DNA of 64,000 nucleotides from Octopus vulgaris (lineage: Eukaryota): the NCBI GenBank assembly GCA_951406725.2, contig OX597814.1, positions 80,538,001 through 80,602,000 on the forward strand, in the 5' to 3' direction. Position 1 is the first letter of the stretch; the number at the start of each line of letters is the position of its first letter. This document shows positions 1 through 10,599 of the stretch, piece after piece. A program made the translations under genes and the position numbers. The notes under the pieces were generated by a model. The model was given only the letters and a program-made list of their open reading frames with translations. It ran no database searches and was not told the DNA's origin.

Positions 1-258
1 ATGGTCCCTTCCTTTCTTATTCATAAACACAAGAGTAACATTGGGAGCTATGAAAAAATACAAAGCCCAGCATCACCACTGGATAATTCTACACATCTGT
101 GTAATTTTTCGCGCAATTCCACCCAGCCATTTGACCGTGAATCCCAAGACAAGAAAGAATCGCCCATGTCAAATTTATATGTATAGATTTGAATAAGATT
201 TATGCAAGCAGAATTTTGTTTAGATGGATACTCCTTTTATTAGTAATAAAAGAGCAAA

Positions 259-671
259 TTTAGCAAGTAAACTCATATGCTTTATGACTATTAATTTATT
301 GGAGAAAGTTCTAAATTCTAGAACTTGTTACCATATATTAAATCATGACTGTCTGTCGCTGATCAACCTCAGAAACCAGAATTATTGAATCTCAAACAAG
401 TTTTCTGGGAAACCACTTGGAAAGTAATACCATGTTTCGTAATTATGTCTAAATTCTTTAAAAAGTTTAGCAAGTAAACTCATACGCTTTATGACTATTA
501 ATTTATTGGAGAAAGTTCTAAATTCTAGAACTTGTTACCATATATTAAATCATGACTGTCTGTCGCTGATCAACCTCAGAAACCAGAATTATTGAATCTC
601 AAACAAGTTTTCTGGGAAACCACTTGGAAATTAATACCATGTTTCGTAAATATGTCTAAATTCTTTAAAAA
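259..671. repeat. Near-perfect 207-bp tandem duplication (2 copies)
   Basis: tttagcaagtaaactcat...aaattctttaaaaa starts at 259 and again at 466, with only a few substitutions. Confidence 0.95.
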
Positions 672-1418
672 ATTGAATGAACAATAGAAATTACTGATAT
701 TTATATTTTCCTAATAATTCATAACTACTGAAGTTGAATTTAGTCAAAATTTCAGTAGATATTCAGGATTTTATCGTTTAACTGACTCTCACCATATTTG
801 GCTCACCAAATTTTCTGACAAAAGGTTTGAAGAATTCGGACGTGCTGTATCTTCTATGTAAACAACTTCAAACCAGCTCTGATTGCTCATTTAAGAGAGG
901 AACCCTGGAAAACAGTATTTGATAAGCTTCTGAGATATAAAACATACTCTGCTTGTTGGGATGAGTGTATAGTTTGCCTGTCTGAATCAGTTAATTTCCG
1001 CTTTATACTAAAGGTGTAATTGATCTTAAGACTCCAATTTTGTTTTGGGTTTTGGGTGGCTCCTAAATAAACGAAGATTAGTATGTATACACATGTACGC
1101 ACAATAAAGTGAGTGCCAACTGCGAAAGCAGAATAATACAGAATTTAATAGAACCTTAAACTTCACAGATACGGTACATGATCTTGAAAGTGTAATTGTG
1201 TGTTTAGCACTTGTCGTTTGTCTCATCAAAGTGTCACTAACAATGTTCAGTTATTATATATATTTAGAGGACGGCGAGCTGGCAGAATCATAAGCACACC
1301 GGGCAAAATGCTTAGCAGCACTTCATCCATCATTACATTCTGAGTTCAAATTCCGCCAAGATTGACCTTGCCTTTTCATCCTTTCGGAAAGAACCAGTTG
1401 AAAACTGGGATCGATATA

Positions 1419-2414
1419 CAGTAATCTCGCCGAAAAAGGACTGAAATTCAAAGTGCTTCTCCTAATGGACAACGCTAGAGGTCACGCATTCGACCTGTCG
1501 AATGAGGGCGTACAAATCGAATTCTTACTGCCGAACACCACATCGCTGATCCAGGCTATGGATCAGGGCGTTATTCGTGCTTTTAAGCTGCTCATTACAA
1601 CAAACTCCCTGCAATACCTGGTCGAAGCTTTGGACCTAGATGATAACGTCTCGCTGAAGGAGTACTGGCGTGGATACACTATTGCAACATGTCTCCAAAA
1701 TATTCAGAAGGCCATAAAGGAGATGAAGAAAGAAACTTTGAAAGCTAGCTGGAAGAAATTGGGGCCAGAAGCGGTCCACGATTATAAAGGATTCTCTCCT
1801 GGCGAAATCCACCACTCTGCAGTAGATAAGGCAGTGAAGTTAACAAAATTGCTTGGGGAGATGGCTTCACCTATATGAATACCGAGGGCGTTAATAACCT
1901 GATTGAGGCCCACTCAAATTCGTTAACGGATGAAGATGAGACAGAGATGACGAAATCAGCAAGTGAGGAAGAAGAACAAGAGGATCCAGGGAAAGAAGAA
2001 GTCAGCCTATAACTAGAACGTATTTCAACCTAGCAAAAACAGCAAAAGAACTTCAGAGAATGGCGGAAGATTGGACCCCCAAATGATTCATGCTTGCAGT
2101 TCAGAAATGCAATCGACGGAGTCATGGAAGTTTATAAAAAACCTCCTTACACAGAAGAAAAGGCAGAGCCAATAGCTGCCCATCACTATGTTTCTTACCT
2201 GCAAAAAAAAAGAGAAGACACGAGTACTCCTAAGACTGTGGAGGGAATTTATAAAAGTTTAAATATATAAAAAATGATAAAATGAATATATACAAATTAT
2301 AAAAATAATTTTAAAAAAATGTACAGTACAGTGCTGTTTCTCCTTCATGGATTTTCACCTATCGCGGGGTGCGGGGTTTGGAACGTAACACCCGCGATAG
2401 TCGAGGGATTACTG
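1419..2414 (+). mobile_element. pogo/Tigger DNA transposon, internally deleted
   Basis: Begins ta|cagtaatc and ends cgcgatagtcgagggattactg (complementary cagtaatc termini). Contains a DDE_1-type transposase remnant. Confidence 0.85.
1453..2170 (+). pseudogene. Tigger/pogo transposase C-terminal fragment
   Basis: LLLMDNARGH...FLLPNTTSLIQAMDQGVIRAFK is the pogo DDE motif. A frameshifted acidic tail follows 1878. Confidence 0.9.
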
Positions 2415-2878
2415 AATCGACTTAGCCCCCTTTCCCCGAACTTGATGGCCTTGAGCCAAAATTTGAAACCATTCTTTAATTATTTAAATTGTTTCAGCTT
2501 TAAAGCTGCGGTCATGCTGGGGCACCTCCGTTGCCATTATATATATTTATATAACAAATTACTAAAGATTATTAAAGGATAAATTTGATTTACGGAAAAA
2601 AATTCAAAATGACAAATTTGGTTTGGTAGACAGAATTGTTCATTCGAAGAAGTTTGTTCGAAATGATATTGGAAAGGCGTTTGACAAAACTAAATAGAAG
2701 ATAATATATATATGTATCAACAGAGTTCAAAAAGTTCATTGTTAAAATGTCGTATTAGAAACATCTTGACTGAATCAAGTGAAAATTTTCCCTTTTCATT
2801 AATACGCATGCGTGTTTGTGTGTGTATCTGTGTGCGTGCGTGCCTGATAAGCTATAGTGAGAAAGAATACCCTCTCTC

Positions 2879-3275
2879 TCTTTTACTCTTTTACTTGTTT
2901 CAGTGATTTGACTGCAGCCATGCTGGAGCACCCCACTTAGTCGAGCAAATCGACCCTAGGACTTATTCTTTGTAAGCTTTCTTTTGCCGAACCGCTAAGT
3001 TACGGGGACCTAAACCCACCAGAATCGGTTGTCAAGCAATGGCGGGGGTGCTGAGAAACACAGATACACAAACATATACACACACATACATTTATATATA
3101 TATACATATATACAACGGGCTCTTTTCAGTTTCCGTCTACCAAATCCACTCACAAGTCTTTGGTCGGCCCGAGGTTATAGCAGAAGACACTTGCCCAAGG
3201 TGCCACGCAGTGGGAATGAACCCAGAACCATGTGGTTGGTAAGTAAGCTACTTACCACACAGCCACACCTGCGCC
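2879..3275 (-). mobile_element. tRNA-derived SINE family B (CORE-like accttgggcaagtg), near full length
   Basis: Minus-strand head ggcgcaggtgtggctgtgtggtaag..gggttcattccc, internal (TG/TA)n, tail gaaacaagtaaaagagtaaaag. More than 10 copies in the window. Confidence 0.9.
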
Positions 3276-4144
3276 TTGATTATGAAATTTTGAGAGGACG
3301 CATTAACTCAGCTTGGCAATGATGTATCTTCTTTAAGTAAAAAAAAAATCCCGTTATCTGTTTTGTGGGTCAACGATAAAAGATTTCAGGGTTTCAATTC
3401 AAAATATTTTTACGCTAAAAGTTAATACAGTCACAGGTGTGGCAGTGTAGTAAGAGGCTTTCTTCCCAGCCACATGGTTCCGGATCAGTCCCATTGTGTG
3501 ACACCTTGGGCAAGTGTCTTCTACTATAGCCTCAGGTCGACCAAAGCCATGTGAGTGGATTTCGTAGACGTAAACTGAAAGAAGCCTGTCGTATATATAC
3601 GAGTTAGTATCAAAACGTTCCAGAACTAGTTATCTCTTATTATAAAAGGCAGATTTTATCTGCCTCCCTTTGGGAGTTATACAAATCTACAATATAGGAT
3701 TTCTTCAATTACAATTTACCTTGCATTTTTAAGAGTACAATGCATCGCGTCATGCCAGGTCCAGTTTTTAAAATTTAAACTCCAATTAAGCAAAATTTAC
3801 AGAAAACTCACATTCTGGTGTGTGTGTCAAATGCTTTTCTTAGTCTGGTTTACAGCACACGCAAACGCACACACACAGTGGGCAACGAATAAAATGAAAG
3901 TAATTGACTTACTGTAGTGAGTGATTCTTTTCACTCTGCCTCCCACTTCCTCTTTCAACACATAGACACGCAAATATATAAATAAAATTGTAAGCTAACG
4001 TGCGTGTGTGTGAGTGGGTGTGTGTGGGTGTGCGCGAGTGTGTGTGTGAGGGTGCGCGTGTGTGTGTGTGTGTGTGCGTGTGCGTGAGTGTGTGACAGGA
4101 AAGTTTTTTACGACGAATATAACACCTATATCCAAGTAGCAGAA

Positions 4145-4948
4145 AGATAAGACAGTAAGGTGTGATTTGAGGGAGATTTGGCTGCTATTTCTACCATGTC
4201 TAGCTGCCATGTAGGTGTCTCCCTCATAGGCTCATACATACATATATACATAGATAAGACAGTAAGGTGTGATTTGGGGGAAATTTGGCTGCTATTTCTA
4301 CCAGGTCTAGCTGCAATGTAGGGGTCTCCCTCATAGGCTCATACATACATATATACATAGATAAGACAGTAAGGTGTGATTTGGGGGAAATTTGGCTGCT
4401 ATTTCTACCAGGTCTAGCTGCCATGTAGGGGTCTCCCTCATAGGCTCATACATACATATATACATAGATAAGACAGTAAGGTGTGATTTGGGGGAAATTT
4501 GGCTGCTATTTCTACCAGGTCTAGCTACCATGTAGGGGTCTCCCTCATAGGCTCATACATACATATATACATAGATAAGACAGTAAGGTGTGATTTGGGG
4601 GAAATTTGGCTGCTATTTCTACCAGGTCTAGCTGCCATGTAGGGGTCTCCCTCATAGGCTCATACATACATATATACATAGATAAGACAGTAAGGTGTGA
4701 TTTGGGGGAAATTTGGCTGCTATTTCTACCAGGTCTAGCTGCCATGTAGGGGTCTCCCTCATAGGCTCATACATACATATATACATAGATAAGACAGTAA
4801 GGTGTGATTTGGGGGAAATTTGGCTGCTATTTCTACCAGGTCTAGCTACCATGTAGAGGTCCCCCTCATTGGCTCATATATATATATACATACATAAGAC
4901 AGTAAGGTGTGATTTGAGGGAGATTTGGCTGCTGTTTCTACCAGGTCT
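4145..4948. repeat. 107-bp tandem array, about 7.5 copies
   Basis: Units start at 4145, 4252, 4359, 4466, 4573, 4680, 4787 and about 4893. Internal copies are nearly identical. Confidence 0.97.
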
Positions 4949-5029
4949 GTTAGGCCTTCTCATGTAAACTCAAGCTTTCTCATGCCTTGAACATAAGACC
5001 AAAGCAGAGAATGTATTCTTTTATTCTTC

Positions 5030-5310
5030 TGCTTTTTCCAACCATTGGTCTGTGGCCATGCTGGGGCAATGCCTTGAAGAATTGTAGTTTAATGAATCAA
5101 CTCCAGTTTTATTTTTGTAAGCATTGTACTTATTCTATCTGTTTCCTTTGTCAAACCACTAGGTGACAGGGATGTAAACAAACCAACATTCGTTGTCAAG
5201 CAGTGGTGGAGGACAATCACAAGCACAGACACGCACACACACACACATACATGCATACACATATACACACATACATACATACATACATATATATATATGT
5301 GTGTATATAT
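5030..5310 (-). mobile_element. SINE family B 3' half
   Basis: gtggccatgctggggca..tacttattctatc..gtaaacaaaccaacattcgttgtcaagc. Confidence 0.75.
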
Positions 5311-5313
5311 ATA

Positions 5314-5572
5314 TTGCAGCCTGGAAGGTGTTTGTAAGCCATTTAAGAAACACACAAAAACCGTTACATTCACTTCAACATTTAAATTTAATTTGCCAAA
5401 ATATTTTCGTCGCTTTGAGACCGCGACCTGTTCACTGACAAAAATATCGTGCTAACAGGTCGCGGTCTCAAAGCGACGAAAATATTTTGACAAATTAAAT
5501 TTAAATGTTGAAGTGAATCTAACGGTTTTTGTGTGTTTCTTAAATGGCTTATAAACACCTTCAACGCTGCAA
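5314..5572. repeat. 119-bp-arm inverted repeat (PLE-like terminal fragment) between (TA)n tracts
   Basis: 5314-5432 is the reverse complement of 5454-5572, with a 21-bp spacer. Confidence 0.93.
5392..5442 (-). ncRNA. Minimal type I hammerhead ribozyme candidate, G3-C8 core variant
   Basis: Minus strand reads tttgtca GTGAACA g gtcgc-ggtctcaaa-gcgac GAAA atattt tggcaaa. Stem I is 7 bp, stem II 5 bp, and stem III is palindromic. Confidence 0.65.
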
Positions 5573-5644
5573 CTGTTTTCGTTCCAGCACACGATCTCAG
5601 ATCAAGTCACTTGCTATGCAAGTACATCTCTGTAACTATATATA

Positions 5645-5683
<39 letters not shown>

Positions 5684-5746
5684 TGGTAAAAACAGTAAGA
5701 TAACAAAAGAAAGAAAGAGACCTCAATATTATGTAAATAGAGGAAA

Positions 5747-6141
5747 TCTTTATATATAAAAGTGAGGTTGTGTGTCTGTCTCCTACGATTTAGATTCCTA
5801 ACTACTCCCACATTTTGCGGTGCAGTTTAACCAAAACCGGGTATCTTATAGTCGTGATTCATATCGAGACCGTCTGGGTATTAGCGCGCGTCTACGATGA
5901 GTCTACGATTTAAAAAAAAATTTACCATCAATTTTTCCCATTTTTAATCCATTTTTGACATATATAAGGGAAGTAACTCTCTAAAATTTATTATTAAATC
6001 TCAGAACGTAAAAAGCTACAGTAACACCCCTCCCCCTTTGTGGTTAGCCATATTGAGATGGCTATTATACTTTACATCTCTAAAAATGCTTATATAATTA
6101 TTTCCCTTACAAACCCGAGCAACGCCGGGCGATACTGCTAG
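5747..6141 (+). mobile_element. Short non-autonomous Helitron
   Basis: a|TCtttatatataaaagtgaggttgtgtgtctgtc 5' end; GC hairpin plus CTAG|t 3' end. Confidence 0.85.
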
Positions 6142-6149
6142 TGTTTAAT

Positions 6150-7176
6150 AAAAAAAAACAACTTATTTACCTCAATTTTAATACCATATCCTTCGAAATA
6201 ATTACATTGGACAGCAATACGCTGGTCTTAACGTTCCTGCCATTTTTGGAATCCGGCCTATAAGTCGTTTACCGCAAGCGAGTCGAGGACATTCTGAGAT
6301 TTAATCTGGATCTCGACAACTGTTAAAACAGTGACCTTTTGAGCAGCATTTTCATTTTGGGGAAGAAATGAAAGTCCGCATGTGCTAAATCTGGCAACTA
6401 GGGCGAGTATGGAAGCGATATCATGCTGTTTTTGGCGACAGGATACCTTGTCGTCGTGAAGAATCCAATTCTTTGTGCTCCACAGATCTGGTCGATTTCG
6501 CCAAATGTCCCCCCTCAAACGCTTCAAAATGTCACAGTAGAACTCTCGATTGACGGTTTGGCCGTGGGAAGCGAATTCTCGATGCACAATATTGTGGATG
6601 TCGAGAAAAACAATGAACATACTCTTGATTTGGCTGCCGCTCTGTCGTGCCTTCTTCGGTCGTGGAGATGAAGGGTTCTTCCATTGTGATGCCTGCTTCA
6701 TCTCAGGATCGTACCTGTAGAGCCAACTCCTGTCACCAGTGATGATCCTCGACATTAAGGATGGATCATTAGCGGCACGTTGATGGAGATCTTGACAGAC
6801 ATCGATGCGATGTTCTTTTTGCTAAGTGGTCAGCAGGCGGGGACAACTCGGCATAGACACGCCACATGTTCAATTCGGACGTTAGGATTGCCTGTACGGA
6901 CTCATACGACAGACCAAGAACATCAGCAATGTCGTTGATTGTCCTCCAACGATCCTCATGCACAAATTGATGAATTTTCTCCGGATTTCCGGGATTGACG
7001 CTCGTGACAGGTCTTCCAGGTCGTTCATCGTTTTCCAGGGACGTTCTTTGGCGCAAAACATTGCGTACGACCCATTGCCTCATCGCCGTAAGCTTGTCTA
7101 AGCATGCTCATTGTCTCTGTAGCAGACTTCACAAGTTTAACGCGAAATTCCATGCTGGCTCTTTGATCCTGTCCAT
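6150..7176 (-). pseudogene. mariner (DD34D-type) transposase, frameshifted
   Basis: SLENDERPGRP, IITGDRSWLYRYDPEMKQASQWK, KSMFIVFLD, WILHDD and the C-terminal FQKWQER..NYFEG. Confidence 0.92.
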
Positions 7177-8176
7177 GGTAAAATCACAGACTACAGCATA
7201 CACGTGATCACAAAACAGATTTCCCAACTTACGAAGTCAACACATCGATGTAACTGGGCACTTTGTCACATGACGGTCACTGCTAGCTATCAGTGTGCAC
7301 GCAACCGTGTGCTGCCATCTGTTGGCGCGCCACAGAACTAGTTCGGGAAATTTTTGATACCACCTCGTATGTGTGTGAGCGCGTGCATGCGTGCGTGTGC
7401 GTGTGTATTTGTCTCTTCACCACAGCTTGACAACCGGTGTTAGTGTGTTTACGTTCCCGTAACTTAGCGGTTCGGCAAAAGAAATTGATAGAATAAGTGC
7501 TAGGCTTTTAAAAAATAAGTTCTGGGGTTGATTTGCTCTACTAAAAATTCCTCGAGGCGGTGCCCCAGCATAGCCGTAGTCAGGTGTCTGAAACAAGTAA
7601 AAGATGAAAGATATGTTGTGACTGGTCAACAATAGGAATCAATGAGATATCAAAAACAAAAAAGAAGTCAGCCAGCAACTAAACTAACAGAAAGCAAGGT
7701 CATCTTTCGAGCCACTCCAAGCAACAAAACTCCCAATCGAATTAATGACGTTATCACTTCAGTACACTTCGAAAGGCACTGAAAGACATCTGACTGGCAA
7801 CATCACAAGAATACAGAGAACAGAAAATTTGAGTTTATTTAATTTTACAGTTATAGACTTCCAATTTCCTTAGAGAACTATATACCATCATTAATTAATT
7901 ATGCATTTTATTCGAGAAAAACACAAAATAATTAGTATACCCTCTATAGCATTTCTTTTGTTATATATTATTTATATGCTGGAAAGCACAAGATTTAAGC
8001 AGAAAACTGAAATGTTCTTTATTGTGACACAGGATCAATGCCTTCCCATCATAAACCACCAAAAGAATACATTAACTAATTGGTGAAGGCTTAGATGAGA
8101 CTTTATGCCACACTTTCTGGCTTCCCGTGCTAAGCCAAAAATAATATGTCTACAGGTATTATAGAGTTAGAGCTTA

Positions 8177-8388
8177 TGAGGGGGTGCTAAAAAGTGCCTG
8201 GCTTTGGGTAAAATATAAAAGGATCAGTTAATTATGATTTTATTCAACCTATTCTCTTCTCAGAGGCACATACTTATTGCAGGGGTCCTTCAGTTTTTTC
8301 TAAGCCCTGTAAAAGAACTCAGAAGATTGGGCTTCTAGCCAGGCCTTTCGCGGTACCCTCAAAATCAGGAACTTTTCAGCACCCCTCG
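8177..8388. mobile_element. mariner-derived MITE
   Basis: TIRs tgagggggtgctaaaaagtgcctg and caggaacttttcagcacccctcg; TA on the left. Confidence 0.75.
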
Positions 8389-8459
8389 CACATGTACTGG
8401 ATGTTATTCTTACAATATTAAAGGAGGATGGGAGGGGAGGAGAGAAGGAGGAAGGGGGG

Positions 8460-8680
8460 GAATCCTTTCTACTACGGGCACAAGGCGTGAAATTTTGGGT
8501 GGGGAGGCTGGTTGATTACATTGACCCCAGTGCTCAACTGGCACATGTTTTATCGACTCCAAAAGGATGAAAGGCGATGTTAATCTCGCCATTACTTGAA
8601 TTAAGAACGTAAAGAGCTGGAAGAATTGCCGCTAAACATTTTATCCGACGCACTAACGATCCAGCCAACTTGCCAGTTAT
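8460..8680 (-). mobile_element. SINE family A
   Basis: gcacaaggc..gaaattttggg..gaccccagtgctcaactgg..aaaggatgaaaggc. Other copies lie near 17950-18250, 24435-24560, 33020-33205, 37255-37460, 38345-38555, 39965-40185, 44855-45050, 51960-52330, 53500-54062, 55040-55490, 60815-61020 and 62480-62660. Confidence 0.85.
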
Positions 8681-8843
8681 TAGAGAACCTAAAAATTAGA
8701 ATTAGAACATAACCACCCACAAAAAAAAATTAGGGGCATACAGAACTGATAAAATACAACATACAGGAATGAGCGGGGGCGGAATTAATGAAGAATACAG
8801 CAGAAGTCAATATAATATCTAAAACTGAACTCAGCTGTGTGGA

Positions 8844-9230
8844 GGTACAGGCGTGGCTGTGTGGTAAGAAGTTTACTTTCCAACCACATGGTTCCAGGCT
8901 CATTTCCACTGCGTGGCACCTTGGACAAATGTCTTCTACTATAGCCATGGGCCGATCAAAACCTTGAGAGTGAATTTGGCAGACGGAAACCGAAAAATGC
9001 CTATCGTATATAAATGTGTGTGTATTATGTGTGTGTGTGTGTGAGACTACCGCTTGACACCTGGTGTTGGTGTGTCTCTGTCCCTATAACTTAGCGATTC
9101 GGCATAAGAGACTGTAAGAGTAAGTATCAGGCTTAAAAAGAAAATAAGAACTAAAATTCGACTAAAATTCCTCAAGGTGGTGCCCCAGCATGTCCGCAGT
9201 CTAATGCCTGAAACAAGATAAAAGTAAAAG
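8844..9230 (+). mobile_element. SINE family B, full length
   Basis: Head, CORE-like box, (TG)n and tail are all present. Other copies lie near 22350-22710, 28220-28550, 35815-36390, 51305-51690, 57178-57350 and 58720-58960. Confidence 0.88.
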
Positions 9231-9269
9231 AAAGAATATCAGAAACAACATAATAAGTATAGATACATC

Positions 9270-9697
9270 AAAGCCACAGTCGAACCAATCCTACTATATG
9301 GCTCAGAAACCTGGACGTTATCAAAGAAGCTTGAGAGGCGGTTGGATGGAACCTACACTCGCCTCCTTATGAGAGCTCAAAATCTCTCGTGGAGGCGCCA
9401 TCCAACTAAAATGCAAATATATGGGAAATTACCACCTGTGTCATCTCTTGTGAAAGGTAGGAGAGTTCAGTTTGCTGGACATTGTTGTAGAGCTGAAAAA
9501 GAAGTAATTTCTACTCTTCTCCTCTGGAAGCCATCTACTCGCAACACCAGAGGGCGCACACTCTCCTACCCTGATGTAATCTCCAGGGATACAGGCATCC
9601 AGCAACAGGACCTCCGTAATGCTATGATGGACCGTGAAGTCTGGCGCAACATAGTAAATTCCATTGTCTCGACCACGGTCGAACAATGATGATGATG
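9270..9697 (+). mobile_element. 5'-truncated RTE-like LINE with (GAT)n tail and 11-bp TSD
   Basis: Uninterrupted frame ILLYGSETWTL...RRVQFAGHCCR...AMMDREVWR. TSD atagatacatc at 9259-9269 and 9698-9708. Confidence 0.9.
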
Positions 9698-9706
9698 ATA
9701 GATACA

Positions 9707-10541
9707 TCTACTACATATGTAGGAAATTCTGTCTTTAAGTGTGTTTGTGAAGTTGTTAGCTAACTCCTCCTACATCGTTTTATCGATTTTGATGAAACTT
9801 TCCACGTGAGTAAAACCTATGTCTGGAAACCTCATGGCATGCCCAGATTGTTGAAAAAAAATCGATAACAGGGCCCCAGGAAGGGATCCTTATATATATC
9901 TAATATATTTCATTTTAACAGCCAAGGAAAATAACCCATTCATTTTCCTAAATCATTTGGTATAAATCAAATTGACTATGCTTATTTCTTAGTATTTGAA
10001 CTGGTAGAGTTATTTTCGCAATTTATCCAGTACAACCCTTAAACAACTAAAAAGTATTTTCCTAAACAATAGATCAACTTATTTCGGTTAGTGAACTCGA
10101 ATATACCAACACTAGCGCCACTGAGGGTAATATTCTCTGGGAACGCACAAAGCCCATTTCAGAGATATTTATTTTGAATTGTTATTATCTCATATTTGAT
10201 TAGCCTGTTATTACGTGACATGCTTCACGATTTTAGTATACATACATTATTAGTATTTCCTCTGGCTACTTTTCAGGCTACTTTATTTGAATTCTTACGA
10301 TTGAGTAACTAATTTCATGTTATTACGTAACTGACTTCTCAATTTGGGTATTAATAACTTATTGGGAATTCCTAAAAACAAGATCCTGTGTAAGACAGTT
10401 CAGTTTTCTCTGTAAATGCACAAAATCCGTTTTAAGGCCTACATACTTTGTATTGTTGTTATTGGACTAGCGAGACAATTAAGAGAACAGAACCAAGGGA
10501 TAAGCCCCGTTTTCCCGGGAATTACTGGGTACGTCAGCTAG
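9707..10541 (+). mobile_element. Non-autonomous Helitron
   Basis: a|TCtactacatatgtagg 5' end; subterminal cccgggaattactggg hairpin; CTAG|t at 10538-10541. Confidence 0.75.
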
Positions 10542-10599
10542 TCAAAGTATTGATTATTTTCAATAATTTGGAAGTTAAATGAACGGAAGAACTTAGATA

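Larger units (their letters stand above)
1269..2476 (+). mobile_element. tRNA-derived SINE family A (Nin/Deu-like central domain), split by a Tigger insertion (halves 1269-1418 and 2415-2476)
   Basis: Head ggcgagctggcagaatc..ttctgagttcaaattcc and gccttttcatcctttcgg. The consensus gtcgatgtaatcgactt seen in other copies (e.g. near 60950) is broken exactly at 1418/2415. Confidence 0.85.
3633..6141 (+). mobile_element. Composite non-autonomous Helitron inserted at A|T inside mariner
   Basis: 5' a|TCtcttattataaaagg; 3' hairpin cccgagcaacgccggg (6114-6129), then CTAG|t; no TSD. Removing it rejoins the mariner end (gaactagtta+tgtttaataaaa). Confidence 0.75.
3600..7367 (-). mobile_element. mariner transposon (about 1.26 kb after removing the nested Helitron), TA TSD
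   Basis: 32-bp TIRs: cgagttagtatcaaaacgttccagaactagtt (3600-3631) matches the reverse complement of 7336-7367 at 27/32. TA lies on both sides. Confidence 0.9.
3430..7610 (+). mobile_element. SINE family B split by mariner (halves 3430-3599 and 7368-7610)
   Basis: The 5' half ends gaagcctgtcgtatatata. The 3' half resumes tgtgtgtg..gcttgacaaccggtgttagtgtgtttacg after the mariner TIR. Confidence 0.85.

Noticed and set aside
4145-4948. CRISPR-like array or repeated 66-aa ORFs
   Set aside because: Units are identical throughout, with no unique spacers and no cas genes. The ORFs are by-products of the tandem repeat.
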